Shown: piece after piece, positions 27,628 through 42,630 of the stretch | How the letters are laid out: each line of letters opens with the position of its first letter | How positions within the stretch are numbered: position 1 is the stretch's first letter | Assembly (NCBI GenBank): GCA_951406725.2 | Contig: OX597828.1 | Coordinates: 16,368,001-16,432,000, forward strand | Source of the DNA: Octopus vulgaris | Lineage: Eukaryota | Direction: 5' to 3' | Length of the DNA stretch: 64,000 bases | The notes under the pieces: model-generated | Seen by the model: the letters and a program-made list of their open reading frames with translations, nothing else | What the model was told of the DNA's origin: nothing | The model's database searches: none | Made by a program: the position numbers and the translations under genes

Positions 27628-27943
27628 TCTTCTTTCTTTTCGCCCTTTTCAAGCCTAGCCAGGCTCATGGGCCCGGTTTCCCGGTTTCTATGGCGTATGT
27701 GTTCCCCTCTGCTGGACGGGACGCCAATCCATCGCAGCGTTACTCAAGAAACAGGAAGAAAGAGTGAGAGAAAGTTGGGGCGAAAGAGTAAAGCAGGGGT
27801 CGCCACCACCTCCTGCCGGAGCCTCGTGAAGTTTCTAGGTGTTTTCGCTCAATAAGCACACACAACACCCGGTCTTGGAATCGAAACCGTGATCATCTGA
27901 CCGCGAGTCCGCTGCCCTAACCACTGGGCCATTGCACCTCCAC
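27628..27943 (-). mobile_element. SINE family D with 13-bp target-site duplication
   Basis: TSD acatgttatgaat at 27615-27627 and 27944-27956; head tggcccagtgg / ggtttcgattcc. Confidence 0.92.
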
Positions 27944-28059
27944 ACATGTTATGAATACAGGATTGTAAATTTTTATATCATTTTCTTTCCGTTTTTTATT
28001 TATTTATTTATCTTTTGCTGTTCTTAGGAAACGAAAAAGATAAACATATTCGGGTCTCG

Positions 28060-29220
28060 GATAATTTCGAGACGTACCTGTACAATTTTACGGTGCATCT
28101 GTAATATTTCGTGACACACCAATATTAATTTCACTACATGTCTCTATAATTTTTGTAATTATGTAATTCTGGTAATTATATAATATTGGTAACAAATTTG
28201 TATAGCGGTGCACTTGTGCAATTTTTCACCACACGTGAACAATTTCACACATACACAGACACACGCACACACGCACACTCGCACACCTACACAAACAAAC
28301 ACACATCTATATAATTCTTTCGGGAACCTGTATAAGTATGCAACATCTATGATTTCACAACAGACCTGTGTAATCTCGTGACATATTTGTACAAAGACAA
28401 ACTTGTATTATTTAATGGCATCCTTGTATACTTTCGCAACTCACCTGCACAATTTCATAAATCACCTACATTAGTTTGTAACACACAGGTACGATTTCGC
28501 AGCTCATTTATCTAATTTCTCAACACACCTGTATACCGGCGTACGTGTACGATTTCATGACGCTCCTGGATTATTTCACAACACACCTGTACAGTTGCGT
28601 GATACTCGTGTGTAAAATCCGTAACACACCTTTGTCTCGGTGCATCTCTAAGAGCTCATGACACTCGTGTATAATTTCGCAACACACCTATGAAATTTCA
28701 TAGCACACCTCTGGAATTGTTTAACACACTTCTGTTATACTTTGACGTACCGGTATAATTTTGCAATACACCTGTGTAGTTTTGCAGTTTATTAGAATTC
28801 TGGCATACCAGTAATCGTTCGGAACACAAATGTGTAATTTTGCCACACACCTATAGAATTTCATAGCACACCTCTGAAATTATTTAACACACTTCTGTTA
28901 TACATTGACGTACCGGTATAATTTCGCAACACACCTATAGAATTGTATAGCAAACCTTTGAAATTGTTCAACCCACTTCTGTTATAATTTGACGTACCGG
29001 TATAATTTTGCAATACACCTTTACAGGTATGCAGTTCATTAGAATTACGGCATACCAGTAATCATTCGGAACACAAATATGTAATTTCGAAACACACCTG
29101 CAAAAACGTGCATCAGCATGACTTCAAGAAACCCATGCAAATTTTGCATTTCTCCTGCACAGTTTCACAACAGGACTGTGAACTTTATAACAAATTTTTA
29201 GTTTCACGACGTAACTTCCT
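28060..29220. repeat. Degenerate 21-bp minisatellite (acacacctgtataatttcgca-like) with higher-order units
   Basis: 84-bp unit at 28682, 28845, 28929; 79-bp unit at 28766, 29013. Confidence 0.88.
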
Positions 29221-29267
29221 AATTTCGAGGCATAAACTTGATTTTCATTGACATTCTATGTTATGTA

Positions 29268-29896
29268 CAGATTGTCCCTAAAGTCTGGTCACATAGGCAA
29301 AATGTATATTTCCAAGAACTACACGTAAAGGATTCAGCAACTGCAAATATTAACAAATAACAACTCCAAAATACGATTTCCACTATTTGTGATGCAGAGG
29401 ACATTGCACTTTGAAATGATTTACGTAAACCGGATACAGTAACTCCTCATTGCCGTCAAATTGAACACAACATCATATCTAATCTGTGGAAATAAAAAAA
29501 AATAATAAAAAAAGCAACAACATATATTGAGTAAAAAAATATATAGGTAAAATATAATATATAAAATATATATATATAAGGTGTATTATATTGGCGCAGG
29601 AATGACTGTGTGGTAAGAAGCTTGCTTCCCAACCAGATGGTTCTAGGTTCAGTCCCACTGCGTGGCCCCTTGGGCAGGTGTCTTCTACTATAGCTTCAGG
29701 CCAACTAAAGCCTTGTGAGTTGATTTGGTTGACGGAAACTGAAAGAATCCCGTCGTATATATTTATATATAATTTTTTTTTGCTGAACCCTAATTATATA
29801 AAATAATGTTTAAATTTACCGTAAATGGTCCTTTTACATACTGAACACTGCTTGGTAAAACTATTAATTACTAATTAATTAATTAATTTTACACTT

Positions 29897-29960
<64 letters not shown>

Positions 29961-30244
29961 CGTATGTCTCTGTTTGTTCCCTCACCGTCGCTTGACAACC
30001 GATGTTTACGTCCCCTGTGACTTAGCGTTTCGGCAACAGAAACCGATAGAGTAAGTACTAAGCTTACGAAGAATAACTCCTGGAGTCGATTTGTTCGGAT
30101 AGAGGCGATGCTCCAGCATGGCCGCAGTCAAATGACTGAACTAAGTAACAGAAAGAAGAAAGAAAGAATAAAAATATGTATAATATTTAAGCAAGGAATT
30201 GTAGTTAATGAGATTTCTTATGACCAAACTTTAGGGACACTCTG
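29268..30244. mobile_element. Tc1/mariner non-autonomous element (TA TSD) containing a nested family A SINE (29593-30170)
   Basis: TIRs cagattgtccctaaagtctggtca / tgaccaaactttagggacactctg flanked by TA. Confidence 0.82.
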
Positions 30245-30361
30245 TACTATTACCCCAATCGTAACTGACAAGATGATTACGCTGGATGGGCATGGTTGGA
30301 GGCGTTCTGTTATAGATAAGTTAGATTAAAATTCGAAAGAGATTCCACAATACACATACCT

Positions 30362-30584
30362 ATTTCTTTACTACCCACAAGGGGTTAAACATAGAGGGGA
30401 CAAACAAGGACAGACAAACGGATTAAGTCGATTACATCGACCCCAATGCGTAACTGGTACTTAATTTATCGACCCCGAAAGGATGAAAGGCAAAGTCGAC
30501 CTCGGCGGAATTTGAACTCAGAACGTAACGGCAGACGAAATACCGCAAGGCATTTTGCCCGACACGCTAACGGTTCTGCCAGCT
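30362..30584 (-). mobile_element. SINE family B with 14-bp TSD
   Basis: TSD caatacacatacct at 30348-30361 and 30585-30598. Confidence 0.93.
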
Positions 30585-30596
30585 CAATACACATAC

Positions 30597-30758
30597 CTGA
30601 GCAGAGATCTGCGTGATTAACCTTCTGCTAGTCCAATGTATTTTCGTAAATTTTTCCTCATGGTCTATGCTTGTATACAGACTTTTAGTTAGCCTCTGTT
30701 TCGTACTTTGTGAGTTATATATGGCTTCCTTTTCATAAATCTCAAATTCCTCTTGCGG
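30597..30758 (-). CDS. Candidate internal exon of an unknown host gene (54 codons)
   Basis: Acceptor ttattttttcttccAG, donor cag/GTatgt, 162 nt, open only in phase 0; peptide not recognised. Confidence 0.22.
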
Positions 30759-30947
30759 CTGGAAGAAAAAATAATTGGGAATGTGTATCATATATGAAGC
30801 ATGGACGCCAGGGGAAAAATGTTCTGGGTATCATATGTGATATAAAGGAGAGGGCAAATGTTAAGGCTCACCTTGGGCTAAAAAATTACCAAAACAACAA
30901 CAACAAAAACAATGATAACAACAACAACAATACTTTAAACTTTTATA

Positions 30948-31153
30948 TGTTTCAGTCATTTGACTGCGGCTATGCTGGAGCACCGCCTTTAGCCGAGCAA
31001 ATCGACCCCAGGACTTATTCTTTGGAAGCCTAGTACTTATTTTATCGGTCTCTTTTCCCGAACTGCTAAGTTATGGGGACGTAAACACACCAGCATCGGT
31101 TGTCAAGCGATGTTGGGGGGAAAAACGCAGACACACAAACATATACACACACA

Positions 31154-31189
<36 letters not shown>

Positions 31190-31338
31190 TACGACGGGCT
31201 TCTTTCAGTTTCCGTCTACCAAATCCACTCAGAACGCTTTGGTCGGCCCGAGGCTATAGTAGAAGACAATTGCCCAAGGTGTCACGCAGTGGGACTGAAC
31301 CCAGAACCATGTGATTGGTAAGCAAGCTACTTACCACA
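30948..31338 (-). mobile_element. SINE family A
   Basis: Consensus match. Confidence 0.92.
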
Positions 31339-31702
31339 TCAGAATAAATCACTACAATTAGGCCAGCAACAACAACAACGATGACAACAACAACAACACC
31401 AACAACAACAACGAGAATAACAATAACAGCAACTAAAATTTAACGACTATGTTTACACAGCAACACCAACGAAAACAATCATGCTATGGTGGGTTCGACA
31501 AGATGAAGCCAGGAAAATTAAACATTGATTATTAATTTTTGAAAAATTAATTAATTAACGCCTTGGTTGATTTTAAAAACACTTGCCTTCTTCATCAGTC
31601 GTACGAATTTGTCTGATTTTACAGCATTGTTTATCTTGTCTCGTATTAATATCAGCTTTGGCGCTTCTTAAATTTCATCAGCTATTGCCATGGTGATGAT
31701 GG

Positions 31703-31755
<53 letters not shown>

Positions 31756-32098
31756 ATCATCATCAACACCGCCATTACTATCACCTTAACCACCTACACC
31801 TCTACGATTACTGCCACCACCACCATCACCACCACTACCACCACCACCACCACCACCACCCACCACCACCACCGCCATCGCCGCCGCCGCCAACACCTCC
31901 ACTACCACAACCACCACCACCATGATGACGACAAAGACGATGACGAAGACGGACGACTACTATCACCACAACCATAATCCTCCTCCTCCTCATCATCATC
32001 ACCATCATCATCATAATTGTCATCATCATCATCATCATCATCCCTTCAAAAGAGGTTCTAGATTTGGGAAATACGCCCTCTACACACAAATCTTCACT

Positions 32099-32153
<55 letters not shown>

Positions 32154-32272
32154 CGTGCGTGTGTTTGTGAGTGTGTGTATGTGTGTGCGCGCGTATATAT
32201 ATATACATGCACACACATATTTATATGCACATACATAAATACACAAACACACGTGCGCGCACACAAACACAT

Positions 32273-32308
<36 letters not shown>

Positions 32309-32783
32309 GTATATATACATACATATATATGTTTATAAGCATACATATATTCATATACACACGCACACACACATACACATACACTCACCCACGTATATAC
32401 ACACAGACAGGCAGACAGGAAATCAGACAAACAGACAGACAGAAGCAAATACACAATTTTAATATGAGTGAGATATATATTTATCGCTGTCTTTCGATTG
32501 CGATTGTTTTAAAATACCTGTTTCCTTTCCTTCGGCAAATAATTGGTATATCGCTGAATTTGTCAATGTTATTTGAATTTCTGTCTAGCTAAGGAATGAC
32601 AGAATTAATGCGCTCCATCACCCCCCCCCCCCGATATTACCAACTAGCAACCTCCACTGTCACTATCATCATCATCATCAACATCAGCGATCCCACTATC
32701 GATTCTCTAAATTTTAACTTTACAGAGGTTACACAGCACAAAACCAACACTAACAACAACAACGATTTATACATGTATGTAGG

Positions 32784-32817
<34 letters not shown>

Positions 32818-32986
32818 TGTATGTATGTATGTATGTATGTATGTATGTATGTATGCATGCATGTATGTATGTGTGTCATTACTCTTTACTCTTTTACTTG
32901 TTTCAGTCATTTGACTGTGGCCATGCTGGAGCACCGCCTTTAGTCGAGCAAATTCTATGAGTCTCTTTTGCTAAATCGCTAAGATA

Positions 32987-33378
32987 CGAGGGGCGTTCAA
33001 TAAGTAATGCCTCTGACCCACTTGCCTTTGTTTGATCTAGCTGAAATTTTGCATATGCAATTATTGATATCTCTATAGATTAAGTGGCAAATTACAGCTC
33101 CGAACTAATTGTGGTGTATGATTTACAGGTGTTTGAAATGAGTCAAGTGGGAAATGGAGCATGTTGAGTGTCGAGCAGTGATCTGGTTTTTGTATTTGAA
33201 ATGACGCACACCACAGGAGACTTTTAATGAAATGAAAGTAGCTTATGGTGATGATGCCCCATCATATGACCTTGTAAAACGCTGGCATCGTGAATTCAAA
33301 CATGGTCGGAACTCTGTGGAAACAGGTCCCAGATCTGGTCGCACCTCTTCTGCCATTGATGAGGCATCTGTCCGTCAA
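32987..33378 (+). mobile_element. 5' part of mariner element (same family as 47423-48717), truncated
   Basis: TA-cgaggggcgttcaataagtaatgc TIR and N-terminal transposase codons. Confidence 0.92.
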
Positions 33379-34899
33379 GGACTGAATACCCGATCGCGCG
33401 GTTAAACCATTGGGAGTGAAGGGCATCCTTCTAGGAGAAGGTAACTGATGATGCTGACTTGTTCTTTTCGGATTATGGCTGCTGTTGCTTAGTGAGTGGG
33501 ATTGACTCAGTGCACAGCCTTTCCTCACTTTAAAAAAAATCCTACTTGCACAGGCATTGCACGATAACAACATTGATTAAGCTTCGTGCAATGGCCATAC
33601 TCGATAACGAGGGGGCAGCCACCATGTATATATGTATGTCATTATTCGGTTTATTTTAAGATTTCTAGCCAATAGAGAAAGAACCGGTTTCTAACCTAGC
33701 CCCAAGGCTCCTTCACTGGAATTTTAACATCAACAACAGGGTATTTTTGTATGTATGCATGTATGTGCAGATTTGTATGCTTTATTTTTTTTTCTCATAC
33801 ATATAATTACATATCCAGACATGTCCATATATATTTTAAATGATAAACGTCTGGAAACTTTTACAGAGTTTTGCAATTCCAGTGATGGATTGGATCTGTA
33901 GTCTTCGAATTAGCTTTCTCCTATGTATGTATATCATTATGTAGTTTTATTTCAAAATTTCTTGCCAATAGAGAAAGAACTGGTTTCTAACCTACATCTA
34001 AGGTTCCTTCATTGGAGTTTCAACAGCATCAACAGTGTATTTTCGTATGTATGTATGTATTTCATCAAACACTTGTTTTACTCATTGGACTACGACCATG
34101 CTGGGTCACCGCCTTGAAAAGCTTAGTTGAATAAACCAGCCCCAGTACTAATTACTTAAATCTGGTATCATTCCTATCGTTGACTTTTGCCAAACAGTTA
34201 AGTTAAAATGTATTTAACTGACAGTTGAGTTCTTGACGACTATTGTAAAATGACTGACTTTTTCCTTTTTATACCTCTTAGAAGGCTCCAACAAGGTGAA
34301 TTTTTCGAATACAATTTTGACCAATCTGCATGTCGCTTAAACGTCACGGTTTGCCGAGCGCACCGATATTACTGGCATAGATTCCGCGTTTATTTTAACC
34401 AATTAGCTTGCGGTTTACATGTAATGGTTTTATGAATGACCAAACTTAGTTGGTTTCAGACGTCTTTATTTCTGGAGAGAATCTTCTGTAATTTGTTTAT
34501 ATTCATATGTTAAAAATACTTTTTAATCCACATCATTAACTGTTTGTTAAATTATTGTTGTTATTTCCATTCAGAAGAGGTTTGAACATTCTAACAAAAC
34601 GTTTTTCTTTTATCTTTCTTCCAGCCTCGCTTGTGTTATGTAGGTTGTGGAAAAGATAAATCAGAAGCATTTTCTGACCACATGTTCTATATGTTCACCC
34701 AATGGAATTTGGCGTACATTAGTATTCCGGATTTGTTGTCAGTGGACTGGTGAGCGTTCCGATAATGCATTCCCTGTCTCCCCAATATATAGTTCCTCGC
34801 AAAAGGCCACTCTACCAAAATTCAATTGTCCGTGACGAAATATACTCCACCGGTATGATTTTAACCACGTCTACAGATTTCATATTTTTTTCCGTCCAC

Positions 34900-35892
34900 A
34901 TGATTTTGGAGTCTGAAGAATAAATGATAATCAGATAGGGTAATGTCCATCGAATATGGTGGGTGGAGCATCGTTTCTCATTCAAACTGTTCCAGCTTTT
35001 GGAATGTCATCCTCGGTATATGTGGCCAAGCCTCATCCTGATGGAAGAGAGCCTTTAGTCTTAAAACCATTTTCCTTCTATCTCTGACTTAATCTGCTCA
35101 AGCTGCTCGCAGTAGATCTCCTTTGTTATTATTTGGTTTGGGTTTCAAAGTGGACTAAACATTCCATATTCCAGCAAATTGATAACAGTGGGTGAAGACC
35201 TTCTTTAGCCTGGCGTTTCTCCTTTCCCTACCCATTGTCTTCGGCGCATGACATTTTTATAGAGAACCCATTTCTCGTGACCAGTCACTATTCAGCCCAA
35301 AAGGAAGGGTTCATTCGTGAGACGTGACAGCAAAGAAAAGCGCGATTGGATTCGGAAAGTTTGCGAGTAATCCATCGACCCAATTTTCTGACTTTTCCTA
35401 TGACACGCAGGTGTCTATGAATGGTTGAATGACCAAACTTCTCTGTTAGTTCCTTAACAGTTACGACGGGTTTTTACGCCGCCAGGGTTTGCAGGATGTC
35501 CTCGTCGAGCTCTACAGATCTTCCAGGACGAGGTCCATCTTCTGGGCTGTAGTTTACGGCTCGGAATTTCTGGATCCACCGTTGACCCTGACTTACGCTT
35601 ATTGTTCGGTCCGCGTATACAGCATTAATATTCCTCGCAACTTCCGTTGTGTTGTTGCCTTTATTGAACTCATAAAGTAAAATATACCAAATATGCTCCT
35701 TTGTCACTTCCGGTATAGCTTTGAAAATGTAACTGTTAAAATCGAACTGCACTCTTCAAAACTTGCTCTAAGAATAAGGACAGGGTAAAATTACTACCTG
35801 CGTTTATAGCAAATGGATGCAGGTAGTTTATCCCGTACGACTGCGACTTTTAGTTCATGCAGTAGAGAAAAACCGCATTATATATGGGATGG

Positions 35893-35895
<3 letters not shown>
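34900..35895 (-). pseudogene. Degraded mariner transposase (Hsmar1/cecropia-mellifera-like)
   Basis: HIWYILLYEF..ARNINAVY..RWIQKFR..PRPGRS N-terminus; HPPYSMDITLSDYHLF near 34920-34970. Confidence 0.85.
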
Positions 35896-35932
<37 letters not shown>

Positions 35933-36295
35933 GCTTAGAATCGTATATATGCATACATGCATGAACGTAAGCGGCGTGGCCGAAGAAAATGAGAGAGAAA
36001 TGAAGGGAAGAGAAAAATGAAGAACAAGAAAATAAAAAGGAAAGACGAAAACAAAGAGGGAAAGTGAGCAGTGAAGGAGAGGGCGAAGAGGAGGAGGAGG
36101 AAAAGGAAGAGGAAAAGGAAAAGGAAGAACGGTAGGAAAACGTCATCTTGGAAAATTTGGTGATAAATTACTGAACGCCGTTTCCTCCCGATAGGAAATG
36201 AAGTCTGAAACAAAACTCCTTCCTTTTGATTGGCATCCAGTTTGTCATATCGATACGGCACTGATTGTATAACATAAGCACGGCATATCAACAAT

Positions 36296-36336
<41 letters not shown>

Positions 36337-36531
36337 TAGTGGTTGTATTTCAAGCAGTGGTTGTAGTGGTGGTGGTGGTGGTGGTTGGTAGTTAATGCGT
36401 GATTTTTCAATGGAGACGTAAAACAGAAGACGACAGAAGCTGTAAATCATTTTATGGATATTCTATGAATGTATGTGCGTGCGTGCCTGCGTGCGTGTAT
36501 GTGCGTGCGTGCGTGTGTGTGTGTGATTGTG

Positions 36532-36698
36532 TTTGTGTATGTAAGTGTGTATGCGTGCATATGTACGTATGCATGTATTAATGTTATATATATATATATA
36601 TATTTGTGAGTGAGTGCATATTCATATTGCATATATATATACACTTATAAGATATGTGTAATATATCATATATATACATATACATACATACATAAATA

Positions 36699-36755
<57 letters not shown>

Positions 36756-36953
36756 TATATGTATTTTTGTGTGTGTATGTTTATGTTTGTGTATGTAAGT
36801 GTGAATGCGTGCATATGTACGTATGCATGTATTAATGTTATATATATATATATATATATGTATTTGTGAGTGTGTGCATATACATATTGCATATATATAT
36901 ACACTTATAAGATATGTATAATATATCATATATATACATATACATACATACAT

Positions 36954-36994
<41 letters not shown>

Positions 36995-37026
36995 TATATG
37001 TATTTTTGTGTGTGTATGTTTATGTC
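36532..37026. repeat. Tandem duplication (about 250 bp) of a compound microsatellite block
   Basis: Unique spacers such as cacttataagatatgt and gcatatgtacgtatgcatgtattaatg occur twice in the same order. Confidence 0.85.
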
Positions 37027-37466
37027 TTGTTATGTATATATTTATGCATATAGCTATATGTATGTGTGCGAAATGTGTGAAGATATATATATATGTGTAT
37101 GTATATGAATATATATGAAATATATAATATATAATACGCATGTATGTATATACACTTACATACAGGCACACGCACACACACACACACACAGATACTACAC
37201 GCATGTGTGTGTACATTCCATTGGCTTTCGTCGCCATATCAGATCCAGTGTATCATAATTTATGAGTCTATCTCTGCCATGTCTCATTCTATATATTGCT
37301 TCGTGGTAATATCTGCGACACATAGAAGGCTGGATATCAAGTTCAATTCTCATTAGCATTCGGAGGTGTTAATATATATTAGAAAGCGTAGTATATTAGG
37401 CAGTGTTTGTTGTCATTGTCGACGGTGATGGTCGTGGTGGGAGGCGAGACTGAGATTGAGAGAGTG

Positions 37467-37504
<38 letters not shown>

Positions 37505-37881
37505 AGTGAGAGGTAATGAGAAAGAGTGATAGGGGTGTTGTTGGGGTGCGTGGGTGTGTGGACAGATTTAATCAATTTATCTGTGGCCAACAGCCAAGAT
37601 GTAACAAGGTCTATCATTTTGTGGTCGAGATTAAAGATTTATGAAATGGTGTAAAGCTGTATGTGACTGTGTGTGTGTGTACGTGGGTGTATGTATGTGT
37701 ATGTGTGTTTGTGCGTGCGTATAAAACACTGAAGTACACTTACGTTCCTGCACACGCTAACACAAACACATATACACACACATATTTATTTATATATACA
37801 CACATATATATATATATATATATTAATAAAGAACATGTACGTGTGCGCGTGTATGTATATGTATATATATATAACTATGTG

Positions 37882-37929
<48 letters not shown>

Positions 37930-38506
37930 ATGACAACATTCCATCTAGTTTTATGGACACACATCCATACAAGCATATATACATACATACAAATACATAC
38001 ATATACACAAACATACATATACATACATACACATATATATATATATATATATATGATATTATATATGTACATGCATACATATATATATATGTATGGATGT
38101 TTGTATTCATATTTAGTAGATATGTCCATGCATACATACATTCATATATATACACACATACATATATACATATGTATATAAGTGTATATGTGTATATGTA
38201 ATCTCCCTTTCTGTGTGTATATATACATATATATTTATACCTATATCTACCTGTATCTATGAATATATAATACGTACACATACATACAATCATGTGTGTG
38301 TGTGTGTGTTTGTGATAGACAGAGAGAGAGAGAGAGAGAGAGGTCATACCTGTATACAGAGGAAATGGGTTGCAGGGAAATATAGAGAGTGAAAAGAGCA
38401 AGTGTCAGAAAGGAGAAGGGGTGGAGGAAAGGTAGGAAAAAGAAATGTAAGAGTGACGAATTGAGATGCCGAAAATAGTGGAAATAATAATAATAATAAT
38501 AATAAC

Positions 38507-38625
<119 letters not shown>

Positions 38626-38717
38626 TAATAATAATAATAACAATAATAATGATAATAATAATAATAATGATAATAATAATAATAATAATAATGATGATGA
38701 TGATGATGATGATGATG

Positions 38718-38766
<49 letters not shown>

Positions 38767-39040
38767 TAATAATAAATAAAGAGACGTAGAAGAATCAGAA
38801 AAGAATTAACAGAAATAGTTTACTTCAGGTAAAGAATTGGGAGAGTTATAATAGAGCGCTGGATAGAATACCTTGCGGCAACCCTCTCCGGGTTTCTTTG
38901 CCCTGAGTTCATATAACGCTGATATTCAATTTCGTCTTTCATCCTTTAGGGGTTCCTTCAATAAAATAACCAGGCAAGTACAGGCAGCCATACTTCTTCC
39001 TTTCCTCCTCTCTATTTCTTTATCCTCTCTCTCCCACTCA

Positions 39041-39135
<95 letters not shown>

Positions 39136-39488
39136 GCTGTCTGATTCATGGCATCATGTAAAAAAAAATTACCAGAAGGATGTCAACTATTTCCACCATT
39201 CTGGGGCCTTTCATTTCGTATTTCCGGCTTACTTTTTTTTTATTTCAATTTTATCTTATTGTCTCTTTCCTTCATTTCTATTTCCCCATATCTTTTCCCC
39301 CTCTTCTCTTTGTGTACACATCCATATAATATGTATACATGCATACATAAATTTTTATATATATATATGTATTTGTATGCGTGTATGTTCGAATATGTGT
39401 GTGTATATTATATATAATTATTTATTCATAAATATACATATACGTGTATACCTGTAAACACACAAATATACATACATACAGACACATG

Positions 39489-39569
<81 letters not shown>

Positions 39570-39643
39570 CATGTGTATATGTATGTATATTTGCATGTGT
39601 CTATGTATACACGTATATTTGTATATATATATATATATATACG

Positions 39644-39747
<104 letters not shown>

Positions 39748-40146
39748 CATATATATATATATGGATATACATGTGACTACGTATGTATGTATATATTTTC
39801 CCGCGAAAATTCCCTGACAGGCAGATAGCACTTGTCATAAACGTCATCGACCCAATGGCGCAAAAGCAGAAACGAAGCAATTGTTTATTAGTCCCAAAGG
39901 CATCTCAAAAGAATGATCGGGCAAAAAACCGAGGATAGGAGTGAAATCGATAATAATATCCGACACCTAATATTTAGACGTATTTATCTTATTGATTCCA
40001 AGGTGGCTGGAGGATTAAAATTTAACCGAATTCTTTGAGGATTAGAACACGAAAATACAGCTAAGCATATAATCTAATGCTGAGTTGGTTTTGCCTTTCC
40101 ACCAACAGAGCCACTTGAGCTGCAATGAAGTAGGGACGATTGGAAA

Positions 40147-40230
<84 letters not shown>

Positions 40231-40337
40231 AGTGTGTGTGTCTACTTGCCTGTCAGACAGATAGATAGATAGATAGATAGATAGATACACATGAACGTAT
40301 ATACATGTATGGTTATACATACATTCACACAAACGCT

Positions 40338-40455
<118 letters not shown>

Positions 40456-42049
40456 GAGCGAGCGATAGAGAGGGGAGAGTGGGGAGAAAGATTTGTGAAA
40501 CAATGGATTTTCATGAAAACGTGTACGCTAAACATATAGTCAGATTGTAGATCGTGAGACAAATAGAAACGCCGATGTGCAGACAGGCAGACAGGAAGCT
40601 CACTAGCCAGATGGATATATAACAATGTGGGCGGATAGATAGATAGATAGATACATAGATAGATGAATAGATATATAGATGAACAGACATATGGATTGAT
40701 AGATAGATAGATAGATAGATTGATAGATAAGTTTCTTTATTGGCCAAAAGGGCTGCACACAGATGGGACAAGTTACAAGGTAGAGCTTTTCTTTTGGGGG
40801 ATGAAAAAAACAAAAAAACAAAAGAAACAAAAAAAGGGGTGGCGTAGGTTTTCGATCAAGAGGGATCGTAAAAGGGAAGAAAAGAACAAAAAAAATAAAA
40901 ATAAAAAAAAGATAGATAGATAGATAGATACATACATACATACATACATACATACGTACATACATAAACAGAGAAATTGAGTGATGTTTTATTAGATTGA
41001 TAAAGATAGATATGCAGATAGACAGATATCTAGTTTGCTAAATGGATGTATAGATTGATAACTTAATAGATAAGTTGATATTCAGTTAGATAGATAGATG
41101 GATGGATAGATAGCTGGATAGATTGATAGATAGATAAATAGATAGACAGATAGTCACATAAATAGAAAGATAGATAGATAGCTAGATAAATAGATAGATG
41201 GATAGAAGGATAGATATGTAGCTAGATATACATACAGTTTGCTAGCTAGCTAACTGGATGGAAGGGTAGATAACCGAATCGATAGATGGATATGTAGATA
41301 GACATATAGTTAGATAGACGGGAAGAGAGATAGACTTTAAGAAACTCAATGAACAATAAAAGGAAAAATAAAAAGAATGGAATTGAAAGTAGAAAGAAGA
41401 AACGCAAAAAACAAATGAACAGAAAATGACAAAATGAAAGCAAAATCGACTGAGAAAGAGACAAGTGAAAGAAAGAGTCAGCGAAAGAGAGGGATTGAGA
41501 TAGAGAGAAGTCATGTGTGTGTATGTGTGTGAAAGAAAGAGAGAGGGGTGGGGTGGAGGAAGGGTGGAGAGGAAAGGTGAGAGTGAGAGGTATTGAATGA
41601 ATGTGGCAAGCACTGCAAAGAAACAAGTTTATATGTTAACATGAACGACAAACATTTGCTTGAAAGAAATAAAAAAAAGAACAACAGCAACAACAACAAT
41701 AACAAGAAAACAAAAAAACAAGCGAGCAAAAAAAAAAACAACAACAAAATCAACACGAAAAACTACAACAGCAACAACAACAACAACAATAAAAGTTCTA
41801 AAAACTCTAAAAGACTAACAGGAAAGAAGAAGAAGAAGAACAAAAAAATCCCTCCAAAAAGGTGAAGAAACATAAATGGAAAGAAGGAAAAAGCGTGCTG
41901 TTGGAACATCCAAGAATTTGCGTGCAAATATAAGAGTTGAAGAAGAACATGGAATCTTCTATCTTGGTTTATTGACTATTTTGGATGTCTGTGGTTCCAT
42001 GAATGTCAACCTCAAGTTTGATTTTCATTTTGATTTTTGATTCACTGAA

Positions 42050-42600
42050 AAATGGTTACATTCGATGGATGGCTGGGTGGTTGGCTGGTTGGTCGGTTGG
42101 ATGGTTGGGTGGATGGTTGGTTCGTTGGATGGTTTGATGGTTTGATGGCTGTGTGGTTGGTTGGTTGGTTGGTTGGCTGGTTGACTGGTTGGCAGGTTGG
42201 CTGGCTGGTTAGTTGGTTGGTTGGTCGGTTGGTTGGTTGGTTGGTTGGTTTGATGGTTTGATGTCTGTATGGCTGGCTGGCTGGTTGGCTGGTTGGTTGG
42301 CTGGCTCGTTGGTTAGAGCAGTTGGCTGGCTGGTTGACTGGTTGGTTGATTGGCTGATTGGCTGGTTGGCTGGTTGGTTAGGGCAGTTTGTTGGCTGCTC
42401 GGCTGGTTCCTTGGTTGGCTGGTTGGCCTGTTCATTGGTTGACTGGTTGGCTGGCTGGCTAGTTGTGTGGTGGGTGGGTGGATTGCTTGTTTTGTATTAG
42501 GCTGGTTGCTTGATTGGTTGATTGGTAGATTCATATGTTGGGTGGGTGAGTGATTGGCTTGCTGGATAGTTACTTAGCTGGATTGGTAGTTCCTTGCATT
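42050..42600. repeat. Degenerate (TGGT/TGGC)n tetranucleotide repeat
   Basis: Directly visible. Confidence 0.92.
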
Positions 42601-42630
42601 GTTGTCAGTTGACTTATTGATTGTTTAAAT

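Noticed and set aside
28060-29220. Regularly spaced ACACACCT motifs resembling a CRISPR array
   Set aside because: Units are degenerate tandem repeats with repeated spacers; eukaryotic context; no cas genes
33446-33475. CTGATGA boxes here and at 7029 and 45021 as hammerheads
   Set aside because: No stem II plus GAAA and stem I pairing could be built
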